Positions 40,235 through 53,245 of a stretch of 64,000 nucleotides of DNA are shown here, one piece after another (position 1 is the stretch's first letter; each line of letters starts with the position of its first letter). Made by a program: the position numbers and the translations under genes. Where the stretch lies: assembly GCA_951406725.2 (NCBI GenBank), contig OX597838.1:34658001-34722000 (forward strand), written 5' to 3'. This DNA is from Octopus vulgaris (Eukaryota). The notes beneath the pieces were generated by a model. That model was not told where the DNA came from and searched no databases. It saw only the letters and a list, made by a program, of their open reading frames with translations.

Positions 40235-42050
40235 CCAGTTGTCCGATATAGGTCATCAGTCCCCTTAGTTCCTCACCATGTACGAAGGCGTGCGTGACAG
40301 TTTCACTGACACGCCCGCACCTCGGGCATACGGGTGGGGTACCAACGCCATGCCTTGACAACCTCTCTCGAACTGACAAGGCTGATCGGTAGCACAAGCA
40401 AGCCAAGGATGTCTGGAAGTTGTCCAGATATCTCGGCCCGAATGTCCTTCCGAACAGGTTGACAAGCTGTTCCTCTTCGAAGCCTAGTCTCCCCCAGGAT
40501 GTCGTCGGACATATGCTCTACCAACCCGTAGTGGTAGCCCCGCTGCCGGTATTGCTTGTTCGGGAGAACAGAGCGAGTGCATGTCTGCACTCCCTCTTCC
40601 ATTCGCTCATTTTTGTTCTTCGCGTGATCCATGCGCCCACGTCCCGAGGGAACGTCAATTGTGGCAGGAAGAACTTGACATGCGGTGACTACACCCGTTC
40701 ACCATCCAAGTAGAGCCAGATTTTTCTCAACCTCAGCGCATCATCAGCCAAGGCATCCCTAACCCACCCTTTAACGGTTTCTGGCAGCACATGAGGCGCC
40801 TCACAAGTGGTGGTTTCCCATTCCACAAAAAGCGGAAAAGGATCCGTTCCAGCTTGGTCAGCCACTCTCCAGGGCAAGGCACATCGGTTAGGCGGTTGGT
40901 TATCACAGATGCTATAAACACCTGTGCAACCTCGACCCTCCCTAGCAAGGATAGCAACCTCCCAGATCAAGTCTGGGTTATGGCCGTCACCTTGCCTGTG
41001 ACCTCGCTCCAGTTTTTCTCCATCTGGAGATCTGGTCCAAACCAGACTCCAAGCAATTTAACCGGGCCCTCCGTCCAACGTCCCACGACGCTGTTGGAGA
41101 CATCGACTTGCCCCTCCGGGTGCCGAGTTGCAAGCCGACTGATACTTCCTAGTTAATTTTTGCTCCTGCCACCTCTTCGTATCTTTTGATGGCCTCTTCT
41201 ACACGAGGTAGCTGCCCTTCATCAGACACGATGATGGTGACATCATCCGCATATGCCGTCACTCTCCTACCGTAACATAGATCACGCGGATCTCCCCGTG
41301 TGGCCTCCAATTTCCGCAGTAGTGGCTCAAGTGCCAATACATACAGAAGCGGGTGCAGCCCTGGCGAATTGAATGTTCGATCACGAACGGCTTCGAGAAG
41401 AAACCGTTTACCCGGACGATTGAATCGATGTCGCTATACATAGCATTGAACCAACTACGAAAAGTCGGGTCCAGTCCAACCGCCCTGAGGACTGCTCCCA
41501 GATACCGATGGTCAACCCTATCGAATGCCTTAGACTGGTCTAAATTCACCAGTGCCCTACATTTGCCAGAAATTTTACCCACCCGCTCTATAGTGTCGTG
41601 TATGAGGTGAAGGTTGTCGTGTATTGTCCTGCCTGGGATGGCACATGTCTGTGCTTCTCCCACCAGGTCGCCCACTACAAGTCTCAATCTCTTGGCTAAC
41701 AATTGGCCAAAATCTTTAACTCTGTGTTTAGCAGAGTTATGGGCCTAAAGTTATTAATGTCATTCCCTTGCACGAGTCCTTCCTGATCAGTGTCACTACT
41801 CCCCGGCTCACATATTTAGGGATTCTCCTGTTCTGCTAGCAGTTCGCATATACACCGGCCAGTATGTTCCCGAATAAGTTTGGCATACTCTTATAAAATT
41901 CGTAAGGAAGACCATCCAGTCCGAGCGACTTGTCCCCGGGGCACTCAGAAAGCACCTCTATGACCTCCACAAATGTGATCGGCCTTTCATAGCGCTCCGC
42001 CTTACATGCCGAGAGACACGGGCCGCCGGCCAGGAAATCCCGATTGCATC
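40235..42050 (-). mobile_element. L1/Tx1-clade LINE ORF2 fragment (copy A)
   Basis: GLDGLPYEFY, GRTIHDNLHLI, DQSKAFDRVDH, AYADDVT, KGGLGMP and C-terminal CPRCG...ETVTHAF; many frameshifts. Confidence 0.9.
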
Positions 42051-42059
42051 TTTTCCAGT

Positions 42060-43305
42060 GGGTTTCTGGTGCTGGGATCGATAGCTTACGGTCTCGACAT
42101 CTCCCTGTCAGCCGCTGATGCTGGTCTTGAGCTCTTGGAGAACCTATCGCAGTTTATAAACTTGTTCTCGTGCGAGTGTGTTCTTCCCTACATTCGTCCC
42201 CTGTTCTTTGGTGCCAAACTATTTGCTCTTACCAAGCCCAACGGTGACTTCCGCCCCATAGCAATTGGTGGTACTCTGCGACAGGTGTGTCTGTCTTCAA
42301 TTTCTAAATGCCTGTCAGCCAAATTTTCTCCTACCCAGCTACGGGTGGGTACTAAGCTAGACTATGAGGCTGAAGCCCATGCCACTAGAGCTTTCACTAA
42401 CTTGCCTTCTGAGTCCCCAAAGGTCATCCTTAAACTAGACTTCAAAAACGCCTTCAATTCCATCAGTTGGGATGTCATCTTCCGTGTAGTAAGGGAGACT
42501 GCCCAAAAGCTCTATCACTTTGCTTGGCAAGCTTATCGGGAGCCCTCCAACCTCGCCTTTGGTGACCACCTCATTCCACCTGTCTTTGAAGTCCAACAGG
42601 ATGACCCACTTGAACCATATTTATTATTATTGTCTTTTTTTTATCATCAAACTAGCAGTATCGCCCGGCGTTGCTCGGGTTTGTAAGGGAAATAACTATA
42701 TAAGCATTTTTAGATAGTTATAACAAAAAAATGCATTAAAAATGGAAAAAAATGATGGTGAATTTTTTTTTAATCGTTGACTCATCGTAGACATTTTTAG
42801 AGAGTTACTTCCCTTATATATTAGCGAAAGAAATGCATTAAAATGGAAAAAAATGATGGTAAATTTTTTAAAAATCGTAGACTCATCGTAGACGCGCGCT
42901 AATACCCAGAAGGCCTCGATATGAATCACGACTATAAGATACCCGGTTTTGGTTAAACTGCACCGCAAAATGTGGGAGTAGTTAGGAATATAAATCGTAG
43001 GAGACAGACACACAACCTCTCTTTTATATATAAAGATATTGATCTGTCAATGCTGGATTAGTGAATACAGGGGTGGGTGGGCAAATGTAGACATACAGTT
43101 GTTTGACCCTTCAGTATTCAGATTATTCTATCAAATGTAATATTTTCTTTTATTCATGTCGTTTTGAAGTTATCCTGAAATTAACAGGATGACCCACCCA
43201 CTTGGACCTTCTCTATTTGCCCTGGCTATTGACGATGTTATCAAGATGGGAGTTGACCTAGACTTGAATGTCTGGTATCTTGGCAATGCTTGTTTGGGGG
43301 CTCCT
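42060..43305 (+). mobile_element. CRE-like (early-branching non-LTR) RT fragment interrupted by a Helitron
   Basis: RPIAIGGTLR..PTQL.VG..EA.AHATR..LKLDFKNAFNSI..VQQDDPL, resuming at ~43185 as GPSLFALAI..LNVWYL(G/D)N. Confidence 0.7.
42652..43036 (-). mobile_element. Non-autonomous Helitron
   Basis: 5' TC, 3' GC-rich subterminal segment plus CTAG, inserted between A and T. Copies at ~50566-50948 and 56359-56750; truncated at ~47514 and ~61313. Confidence 0.8.
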
Positions 43306-44206
43306 GCATTGATATTTTTTTCTTTCTCCTTTTAGTTTTTGTAAAATACATTCCTTTTCATTGAATTATTTTAAATGATATCAGTTTATATAAGAAAATC
43401 AGAGACGGAAAATGGGATTTCACGAGAGTCTCTTCTCATATACATTTTTACGTATCTTTTTATAGTTTTTATAAACTTCTTTGAGAGGAAGTGTGTCTTT
43501 TCTATCAGTTCCTTAAGGGGACACTAGAATATTGCAACAACTAAGCAAAACGATGACTAAAAAACGAGGTACTTATTCAAGAAGTCACCTAAGGGGACAG
43601 ACACAATCTACACCTGTGATGTAAGACAATTGACTGTACAGTATCTCGCCTGCAAGGTACAGGGATATATATGAATATATATATATATGTGTGTATGTAT
43701 ATATGTATGTATATACATATACTACGTAATATATGTGTATGTATATATATATACACAAAGGCACATAAGCATTATTTATAGAAACATATTTCTGCATAGA
43801 ATATATTATATATTATATAGTATATTCCTTATTTCTTTACTACCCACAAGGGGCTAAACATAGAGGGGGCAAGCAAGGACAGACAAACGGATTAAGTCGA
43901 TTACATCGACCCCAGTGCGTAACTGGTACTTAATTTATCGACCCCGAAAGGATGAAAGGCAAAGTCAACCTCGGCGGAATTTGAACTCAGAATGTAACGG
44001 CAGACGAAATACGGCTACGCATTTCGCCCGGCGTGCCAACGATTCTGCCAGCTCGCCGCCCTAATATATAGTATATTCCTGTGAGAGCTGACACCATAAA
44101 CAGTGTTTCCATGCCCCTCGTTGTAAAACAGTAAAGTCTTAAAGATTGTTCTTTCGTCTCTTTTCATGGTACGGCTGCATTAATGAACCCCTATCTCACA
44201 TATGTC

Positions 44207-44276
44207 TTCCATGAAAAGAAAGGAAAACCAAAAACTTTAAATAGAACGGATTTACTTTCACTTTAATTTCCACGAA
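44207..44276. promoter_or_regulatory. Putative GAS-IRF-GAS module upstream of gene copy 1
   Basis: TTCCATGAA (44207-44215), AAAGTGAAAGTA on minus (44253-44264), TTCCACGAA (44268-44276). Confidence 0.5.
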
Positions 44277-44692
44277 AAGCATAATCGCGCGCGCACTTCT
44301 GTATTTTATATCCTGGCTATTTCAGATGACGCATTCGCTTCCTATCACCTCAAGTCGTCGCTTGCTAAACGCACTCGCAACTGAAATTATATACATTCAC
44401 ACATCTCAACAAGCCTTCACTTCTACAATATTATATTTCAATCAATCACTTCGGATACTATGGAATATTAATTAAGACTTCTACACACTACGTTAATCGA
44501 ATTCTATGCATTAAGTATCGGCAATTTTCCTTGATTACGAACGATCCTTTCGATGTCATTTCTCGACTGAATTTAGAAATCCTGGAAATATACATACTGT
44601 GAGTAAACTTTCCTCTCTTGAATTATTTTCAATAGCATCTACGGTATTTCTTTCCACCTGGTACGAAGACTATATATACACTCACAAACACA

Positions 44693-45061
44693 ATGAGCCT
44701 TAGACTCAGTCCAAGCGACATCCGCTATACTCAAGATTCAATTGCCTGTAAGTTCCGTAACGGGACAACATTGACAAAAACCATTTCAGATTTAGTCAAA
44801 GGTACAATCACGCCTGACAGCATTCCTGTAATTTCGGTTTACCTAAAGGATGGGAAATACTACAGCACTGACAATAGGAGGCTATACGTTTTCAAAGAGC
44901 TGCAAAGTCGGAGTCAACCAGACTTGAAGATAAGGGTTTACGTTACGTCGGCGGCACTATCACAATCGAAGTTCACGACGCTTAACGATGGCCAAAGTAT
45001 AACAGTCCGAAGTGGATCAATAGACTGGTTAAGCATGGATTTTGCTGACTTCTTCTTGTAG
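44693..45061 (+). CDS. Intronless ParB/Srx-fold-like (bacterial toxin-tip-like) protein, copy 1, 122 aa
   Basis: acaATG context, intact ORF, motifs IRYTQDSI, IPVISV, YYSTDNRRL, KFTT.NDG.SI.VR; AATAAA at ~45460. Fold call is from motif recall, not a search. Confidence 0.8.
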   Translation: MSLRLSPSDIRYTQDSIACKFRNGTTLTKTISDLVKGTITPDSIPVISVYLKDGKYYSTDNRRLYVFKELQSRSQPDLKIRVYVTSAALSQSKFTTLNDGQSITVRSGSIDWLSMDFADFFL

Positions 45062-47879
45062 AATTATGAATTGTAAAAAAATATTCCATTGCTAAAAGAA
45101 AGAAAACAACAAAATCCAAAAAGCACGTTGCCGAATTTTACTGTTCCGAAAACAATCTATAAACTTCAAATTTACCCTCATGTCACCGACAGCATCTCTT
45201 CATTTAGAGAAGTGTCAAAAATCCAAAGTCTCTTGTATTTTATTTCAATAACCAACTCGCAAACCAAGTTATAATAATTGCCATTATGCAAGGAACAAAA
45301 CAAAACAAAACAAAAAACAATCTTTACACGGAAAAAGTTAATTTGGGCGGTGTTTGGTTTCCGTAAGTAGTTTTAGTAAATCTTTACTCCCTACTTTTAA
45401 AAACTGTAAATCTAAAAATGGCCGAAAGCGAAAACGTTGCCGAACGAGTGTGGGACAAAAATAAATAAATTAAATAAAAAATTTAACCTTTGAAGGTATT
45501 TTTTTAATATGCTGGCCATTGATAAAATTTCTTTTCGTAAAAAATTTCATCCTATATTAGATGTATATATATATATTGTTAGCCACTACACACATTTTTT
45601 TCTCTCCTTGTTTTTTCTGTGTACCTTTCTGTAGAAGAGCGGAGGCTCGAAACGTAAAAGACCTTTTCTATTTAACGGACTCTTCGTTTGCCGAACGACA
45701 TGCACGAATGATTTGTTTATTGTTATCAAATGTTCGTGCCGCACATGAGCTCCCCCTCTTCAAATTGACTTTATCTGAACAGGCATACGGTGTGCCACGC
45801 ATCAAGTATTGAAGTGATCGTAAAACATCGCGAGATAAAAGTGATTCAAGGACCAAAATCGAAAATTCGAAATCTGAAGAACTTTCCATTATGAACTAAT
45901 TACATAATCTCCGCTCTATTCTTCTGTCGGGTTGCTAACTCGAGTTTCCGTTGTCAACAAATATTCACATTCTCTGTGTAATATTTAATTTCTTTAATAG
46001 GGCGAATGACGTCCTGTCCTGATTCCAACGCTATACCAATATCGAGGGGTCGCCAACCGTCCTCCCCGGCTGAAACTTAAAAAAAAAAAAAATGGAGCGG
46101 GTACGGAGAGGTTGAATAAAAGTTTGGGCGTAACTTCGGTATATGTACCGGAAGTACCAGATACATTTCAAGAAAGTGTTGTTTTTTTTTATAAATATGG
46201 GATGTTAGGAGAAAAGGGTTTCTGTTATCTCCAGAAATGTAAACAAAGCCACTTCCGGTACCTATACCGAAGGATCGCCAAAGTTTGAAACTATCTTAAC
46301 CATATCTTTATTCTTTTTATTATTTTTGATAGATTGTAAAAAAAAACAGGAAAAAAAAATGTTACTCAAAAACCCAAAATAATCTTGGGTAAATAAAAAT
46401 TTAAAAAGAAGAAAAAAAAGGCATTCTTTTGTTTTTGTTTTCTTTTCTATCGCAAAGTCTGTTGTGCTAAAAACGGGATTTGAATATACACACACATGTA
46501 AGGGCGAAGGTAAAGCGAAGGTACACACTACCTTTTTTTTTTTTAAAAATTTTTTTTTTTAAATATCTGTTTACGATATTGAAGAATACGATTTTGTCCA
46601 AAAACCACGCTTTCAAAGTTTTAATTTCTTCCACCCCAATTTCTTAATTATTAACTTTTTTTTTCGAATTCTTTTCAATCCATGTAGAAAAACAGAGATT
46701 ACGAATCTGGGATTTAAAAAAAAAAAAATTTAACCCTTCCCCCACCCATCACCTCCCCTCTTTCAAAAAGCTCAAAATTCCCTTGATGTTTCACGCATTC
46801 AAAAATATCAGACCATTACCAGAAAACCCGACATGCTAGAAACAGCAGCTAAACGACATTATTTCTGGAAAAACTTCCTCTCTTCTAAAAAGTTAAAAGT
46901 GAAACATTCGGAGTTTTTAGCTTTTTGAAAGTGGGGAGTTGATGGGTATTTGAAGTTGGACAAGGAATTTGAGTGTTTCTTTCAAGAAAAGTTTTAAAAA
47001 AAATTCTCAAAGATTCGTAATCTCTCTATATGTCTACGTGGATTACAAGAAAGAGAAAAAATCCAGCGATTAACTCCTCGATTCTTTTGCGTGGGATCAG
47101 GTACCATGACCTCCTAATATGCTGCAAATCCCTTATTTTGGTTCGGAAGAAGAGAGGGACTCCCCCTTCTCGGAATCATTGGAATTTTTCTTTTTTTTTG
47201 TTTCGTTGAATGAATTCCTGTGACCTAATATGCTACAAAACCCTTTTTGGGGTCCGAAAAACGGGGTGGGGTGAGGTGGAAGCCTCGGAAATTTCAACCC
47301 CCACCACCCATTGATTTTTTCACCCGCACGATTTTCACTAAGGAAAAAGAAAATAGTAATAAAAATCGGGCCCAAACTAATTTTTGCGTGTGTGTGTGTA
47401 TTGAGAAAGATGAACGATTTAAAACAAATATATCTTAATTGTTGTGTGAGAAAGTATATATATTCTGATGATAAAATATTGTATCTTTCAAAAGCATCCT
47501 AAATTTATAGACTACTAGCAGTATCTCCCGGCGTTGCTCGAGATTGTAAGGGAAATAACTATAAAGAATTTTTAGAGAGTTATAGCCAAAAAATAGCAAA
47601 AGATGCATTAAATTCCCCTTCATCAGCTGCCCCTGGTTCGACTCAATCCGTGTTTCGAAGGTAAAGGCAGGTATATATATATACATATATACGACGGGCT
47701 TCTTTTAGTTTCTGTCTACCAAATCCACTCACAAGGCTTTGATCAGCCCGAGGCTATAGTAGAAGACACTTGCCCAAGGTGCCATGCAGTGGGACTGAAC
47801 CCAGAACCATGTGGATTGCCTAAATGCTGTCTATAAATAAACGCGAGAATAAAGTTCATCTTCATAGCGAATTCGAATT

Positions 47880-48037
47880 AAGGCTGTGGTGTGTGCGAGA
47901 GATTCGAATATAAAGGAACCTACCTTCTCTTCGATCTGATGGAGACCCTTCAGTGGTAACGGATCCTTCGACACAGCCCGACCCGAACGCTAGAGATAGC
48001 AGCTGCTTCGCCCAAACTTAGCAACGTCTTCACCCGT
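47880..48037 (-). repeat. Fragment of the same Gypsy LTR family as 2425-2722
   Basis: gtggtgtgtg.gagagattcgaa...cccgacccgaacgctagaga...cacccg is shared with ~2437-2587; also at ~63340-63495. Confidence 0.85.
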
Positions 48038-48149
48038 TTGTCAGCAAAAGCGGGATTAGGACATACGTTACAGCTCGGAATTGTATGTCTTTCTTCCAGT
48101 GACTGAGTTGCTCCATTACTCATGGTCCCCAGGAAATCCCTATCTGACA

Positions 48150-49970
48150 CCAGTTGTTCGATATAGGTTATCAGTCCCCTTAGTTCCTCACAATGTACGA
48201 AGGCGTGCGTGACAGTTTCACTGACACGCCCGCACCTCGGGCATGTGGGTGGGTACCAACGCCATGCCTTGACAACCTCCCTCGAACTGACAAGGCTGAT
48301 CGGTAGCACAACTAGGCCAAGGATGTCTGGAAGTTGTCCAGATACCTCGGCCCGAATGTTCTTCCAAACAGGTTGACAAGCTGTTCCTCTTCGAAGCCTA
48401 GTCACCCCCAGGATGTCGTCGGACATATGCTCTACCAACCCGTAGTGGTAGCCCCGCTGCCGGTATTGCTTGTTCGGGAGAACAGAGCGAGTGCATGTCT
48501 GCACTCCCTCTTCCATTCGCTCATTTTTGTTCTTCGCGTGATCCATGCGCCCACGTCCCGAGGGAACGTCAATTGTGGAAGGAAGAACTTGACATGCGGT
48601 GAATACACCCGTTCACCATCCAAGTAGAGCCAGATTTTTCTCAACCTCAGCGCATCATCAGCCAAGGCATCTCTAACCCACCTTTTAACGGTTTCTGGCA
48701 GCACATGAGGCGCCTCACAAGTGGTGGTTTCCCATTCCACAAAAAGCGGAAAAGGATCCGTTTCAGCTTGGTCAGCCACTCCCCAGGGCAAGGCACATCG
48801 GTTAGGCGGTTGGTTATAACAGATGCTATAAACACCTGTGCAACCTCGACCCTCCCTAGCAAGGACAGCAACCTCCCAGACCAAGTCTGGGTTATGGCCG
48901 TCACCTTGCCTGTGACCTCGCTCCAGTTTTTCTCCATCTGGAGATCTGGTCCAAACCAGACTCTAAGCAATTTAACCGGGCCCTCCGTCCAACGTCCCAC
49001 GACGCTGTTGGGAGACATCGACTTGCCCCTCCGGGTGCCGAGTTGCAAGCCGACTGATACTTCCTAGTTAATTTTTGCTCCTGCCACCTCTTCGTATCTT
49101 TTGATGGCCTCTTCTACACGAGGTAGCTGCCCTTCATCAGACACGATGATGGTGACATCATCCGCATATGCCGTCACTCTCCTACCGTAACATAGATCAC
49201 GCGGATCTCCCCGCGTGGCCTCCAATTTCCGCAGCAGTGGATCAAGTGCCAATACATACAGAAGCGGAGGCAGGCCTGGCGAATTGAACGTTCGATCACG
49301 AACGGCTTCGAGAAGAAACCGTTTACCCGGACGATTGAATCGATGTCGCTATACATAGCATTGAACCATCTACGAACAGTCGAGTCCAGTCCAACCGCCC
49401 TGAGGACTGCTCCCAGATACCGATGGTCAACCCTATCGAATGCCTTAGACTGGTCTAAATTCACCAGTGCCCTACATTTGCCAGACATTTTACCCACCCG
49501 CTCTATAGTGTCGTGTATGAGGTGAAGGTTGTCGTGTATTGTCCTGCCTGGGATGGCACATGTCTGTGCTTCTCCCACCAGGTCGCCCACTACAAGTCTC
49601 AATCTCTTGGCTAACAATTAGCCAAAATCTTTAACTCTGTGTTTAGCAGAATTATCGGCCTAAAGTTATTAATGTCATTCCCCTTGCTCGGGTCCTTCCT
49701 GATCAGTGTCACTACTCCCCGGCTCACATATTTAGTGATTCTCCTGTTCTGCTACCAGTTCGCATATACACCGGCCAGTATGTTCCCGAACAAGTTTGGC
49801 ATACTCTTATAAAATTCGTAAGGAAGACCATCCAGTCCGAGCGACTTGTCCCCGGGGCACTCAGAAAGCACCTCTATGACCTCCACAAATGTGATCGGCC
49901 TTTCATAGCGCTCCGCCTTACATGCCGAGAGACACGGGCCGCCGGCCAGAAATCCCGATTGCATCTTTTC
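48150..49970 (-). mobile_element. L1/Tx1 ORF2 fragment (copy B, segmental duplicate)
   Basis: Near-identical to 40235-42050 with the same breakpoints. Confidence 0.9.
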
Positions 49971-49979
49971 CAGTGGGTT

Positions 49980-51220
49980 TCTGGTGCTGGGATCGATAGC
50001 TTACGGTCTCGACATCTCCCTGTCAGCCGCTGATGCTGGTCTTGAGCTCTTGGAGAACCTATCGCAGTTTATAAACTTGTTCTCGTGCGAGTGTGTTCTT
50101 CCCTACATTCGTCCCCTGTTCTTTGGTGCCAAACTATTTGCTCTTACCAAGCCCAATGGTGACTTCCGCCCCATAGCAATTGGTGGTACTCTGCGACAGG
50201 TGTGTCTGTCTTCAATTTCTAAATGCCTGTCAGCCAAATTTTCTCCTACCCAGCTACGGGTGGGTACTAAGCTAGACTATGAGGCTGAAGCCCAACCACT
50301 AGTGCTTTCACTAACTTGCCTTCTGAGTCCCCAAAGGTCATCCTTAAACTAGACTTCAAAAACGCCTTCAATTCCATCAGTTGGGATGTCATCTTCCGTG
50401 TAGTAAGGGAGACTGCCCAAAGCTCTATCACTTTGCTTGGCAAGCTTATCGGGAGCCCTCCAACCTCGCCTTTGGTGACCACCTCATTCCACCTGTCTTT
50501 GAAGTCCAACAGGATGACCCACTTGAACCATATTTATTATTATTGTCTTTTTTTTATCATCAAACTAGCAGTATCGCCCGGCGTTGCTCGGGTTTGTAAG
50601 GGAAATAACTATATAAGCATTTTTAGAGAGTTATAACAAAAAAATGCATTAAAAATGGAAAAAAATGATGGTGAATTTTTTTTTAATCGTTGACTCATCG
50701 TAGACATTTTTAGAGAGTTACTTCCCTTATATATTAGCGAAAAAAATGCATTAAAATGGAAAAAAATTATGGTAAATTTTTTTTAATCGTAGACTCATCG
50801 TAGACGCGCGCTAATACCCAGAAGGCCTCGATATGAATCACGACTATAAGATACCCGGTTTTGGTTAAACTGCACCGCAAAATGTGGGAGTAGTTAGGAA
50901 TATAAATCGTAGGAGACAGACACACAACCTCTCTTTTATATATAAAGATATTGATCTGTCAATGCTGGATTAGTGAATACAGGGGTGGGTGGGCAAATGT
51001 AGACATACAGTTGTTTGACCCTTCAGTATTCAGATTATTCTATCAAATGTAATATTTTCTTTTATTCATGTCGTTTTGATGTTATCCTGAAATTAACAGG
51101 ATGACCCACCCACTTGGACCTTCTCTATTTGCCCTGGCTATTGACGATGTTATCAAGATGGGAGCTGACCTAGACTTGAATGTCTGGTATCTTGACAATG
51201 CTTGTTTGGGGGCTCCTGCA
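49980..51220 (+). mobile_element. CRE-like RT fragment plus Helitron (copy B)
   Basis: Duplicate of 42060-43305. Confidence 0.7.
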
Positions 51221-53169
51221 TTGATATTTTTTTCTTTCTCCTTTTAGTTTTTGTAAAATACATTCCTTTTCATTGAATTATTTTAAATGATATCAGTTTA
51301 TATAAGAAAATCAGAGACGGAAAATGGGATTTCACGAGAGTCTCTTCTCATATACATTTTTACGTATCTTTTTATAGTTTTTATAAACTTCTTTGAGAGG
51401 AAGTGTGTCTTTTCTATCAGTTCCTTAAGGGGACACTAGAATATTGCAACAACTAAGCAAAACGATGACTAAAAAACGAGGTACTTATTTAAGAAGTCAC
51501 CTAAGGGGACAGACACAATCTACACCTGTGATGTAAGACAATTGACTGTACAGTATCTCGCCTGCAAGGTACAGGGATATATATGTATATATATATGTGT
51601 GTATGTATATATGTATGTATATACATATACTACGTAATATATGTGTATGTATATATATATACACAAAGGCACATAAGCATTATTTATAGAAACATATTTC
51701 TGCATAGAATATATTATATATTATATAGTATATTCCTTATTTCTTTACTACCCACAAGGGGCTAAACATAGAGGGGGCAAGCAAGGACAGACAAACGGAT
51801 TAAGTCGATTACATCGACCCCAGTGCGTAACTGGTACTTAATTTATCGACCCCGAAAGGATGAAAGGCAAAGTCAACCACGGTGGAATTTGAACTCAGAA
51901 TGTAACGGCAGACGAAATACGGCTACGCATTTCGCCCGGCGTGCCAACGATTCTGCCAGCTCGCCGCCCTAATATATAGTATATTCCTGTGAGAGCTGAC
52001 AACATAAACAGTGTTTCCATGCCCCTCGTTGTAAAACAGTAAAGTCTCAAAGATTGTTCTTTCGTCTTATTTCATGGTACGGCTGCATTAACGAACCCCT
52101 ATCTCACATGTCTGTTCCGTGAAAAGAAAGGAAAACTGAAAACCATAAACAGAACGGATTTACTTTCACTTTCACTTAAATTTCCCCGAAAAGCATAATC
52201 GCGCGCGCATTTCTGTATGTAACGATTGTGGAGGTTTATAATAAAGAATCTCGTTAATTTCATTTTCTGTTTCTGCTCGCTCTATCCATCCACCAGTCCG
52301 CCGGATCCATCCAAGTCCTACCTGCCTACCTGTCTGTCTGTCTTATATGCATGCTTGTGTAATTATGTCAGCGGTGCGTTTGTATGAATGTAAATGTACA
52401 CACACACACACACACGCCTCTCTTTTACTTGTTTCAGGTATTTGACTGCGGCCATTCTGGAGCACCGCCTTTAGTCGAGCAAATCGACGCCAGGACTTAT
52501 TCGTTGTAAGCCTAGTACTTATTCTATCAGTGTCTTTTGCCGAACCGCTAATATACGGGGACGTAAATACAGCAGTATCGGTTGTCAAGTGATGTTGGGG
52601 GAACAAACACAGACACACAAACACATATATATCCATATACATATATGTCTTTCAGTTTCCGTCTACCAAATCCACTCACAAGGCTGTGGTCGGCCCGAGG
52701 CTATAGTAGAAGATACTTGCCCAAGGTGCCACGCAGTGGCACTGAACCCGGAATCATGTGGTTAATAAGCAAGCTACTTACCACACAGCCACTCGTGCAC
52801 CTGTATGTGTGTGTGTATATATATATATACATATATATATATATACACACACATATATATATATATATATACATATATATACATATATATATATATACAT
52901 AAATATACATAGACATATATACATATGTATATATATATATGTATATATATATGTATATATATATGTATGTATATATATGTATATATATATGTATATATAT
53001 GTGTGTATGTATGTATGTATGTATATACATACACTACGTAATATATGTGTATGTATATATATACACACATAGGCACATAAGCATTATTTATAGAAACATA
53101 TTTCTGCATTGTTCTTTCGTCTCTTTTCATGGTACGGCTGCATTAACGAACTCCTATCTCACATATCTC

Positions 53170-53245
53170 TTCCGTGAAAAGAAAGGAAAACCCAAAACTT
53201 TAAATAGAACGGATTTACTTTCACTTTCACTTTAATTTCCACGAA
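53170..53245. promoter_or_regulatory. GAS-IRF-GAS module upstream of copy 2 (tandem AAGTGA repeats)
   Basis: TTCCGTGAA, then tttactttcactttcacttt, then TTCCACGAA; a second copy of the module lies at ~52115-52190. Confidence 0.5.

Noticed and set aside
44599-44635. Possible 5' UTR intron (GTGAGT...TTCAATAG)
   Set aside because: Only ~37 nt, shorter than a typical spliceosomal intron; cannot be supported without RNA data.
44693-45061. Bacterial contamination as the source of the ParB-like ORF
   Set aside because: It is embedded in host SINEs, MITEs and microsatellites, AT-rich, with a eukaryotic start context and downstream AATAAA.
45668-45889. 73-aa minus-strand ORF present in three units, a possible immunity/antitoxin partner
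   Set aside because: Its retention is explained by recent duplication; no recognisable domain or expression signals.
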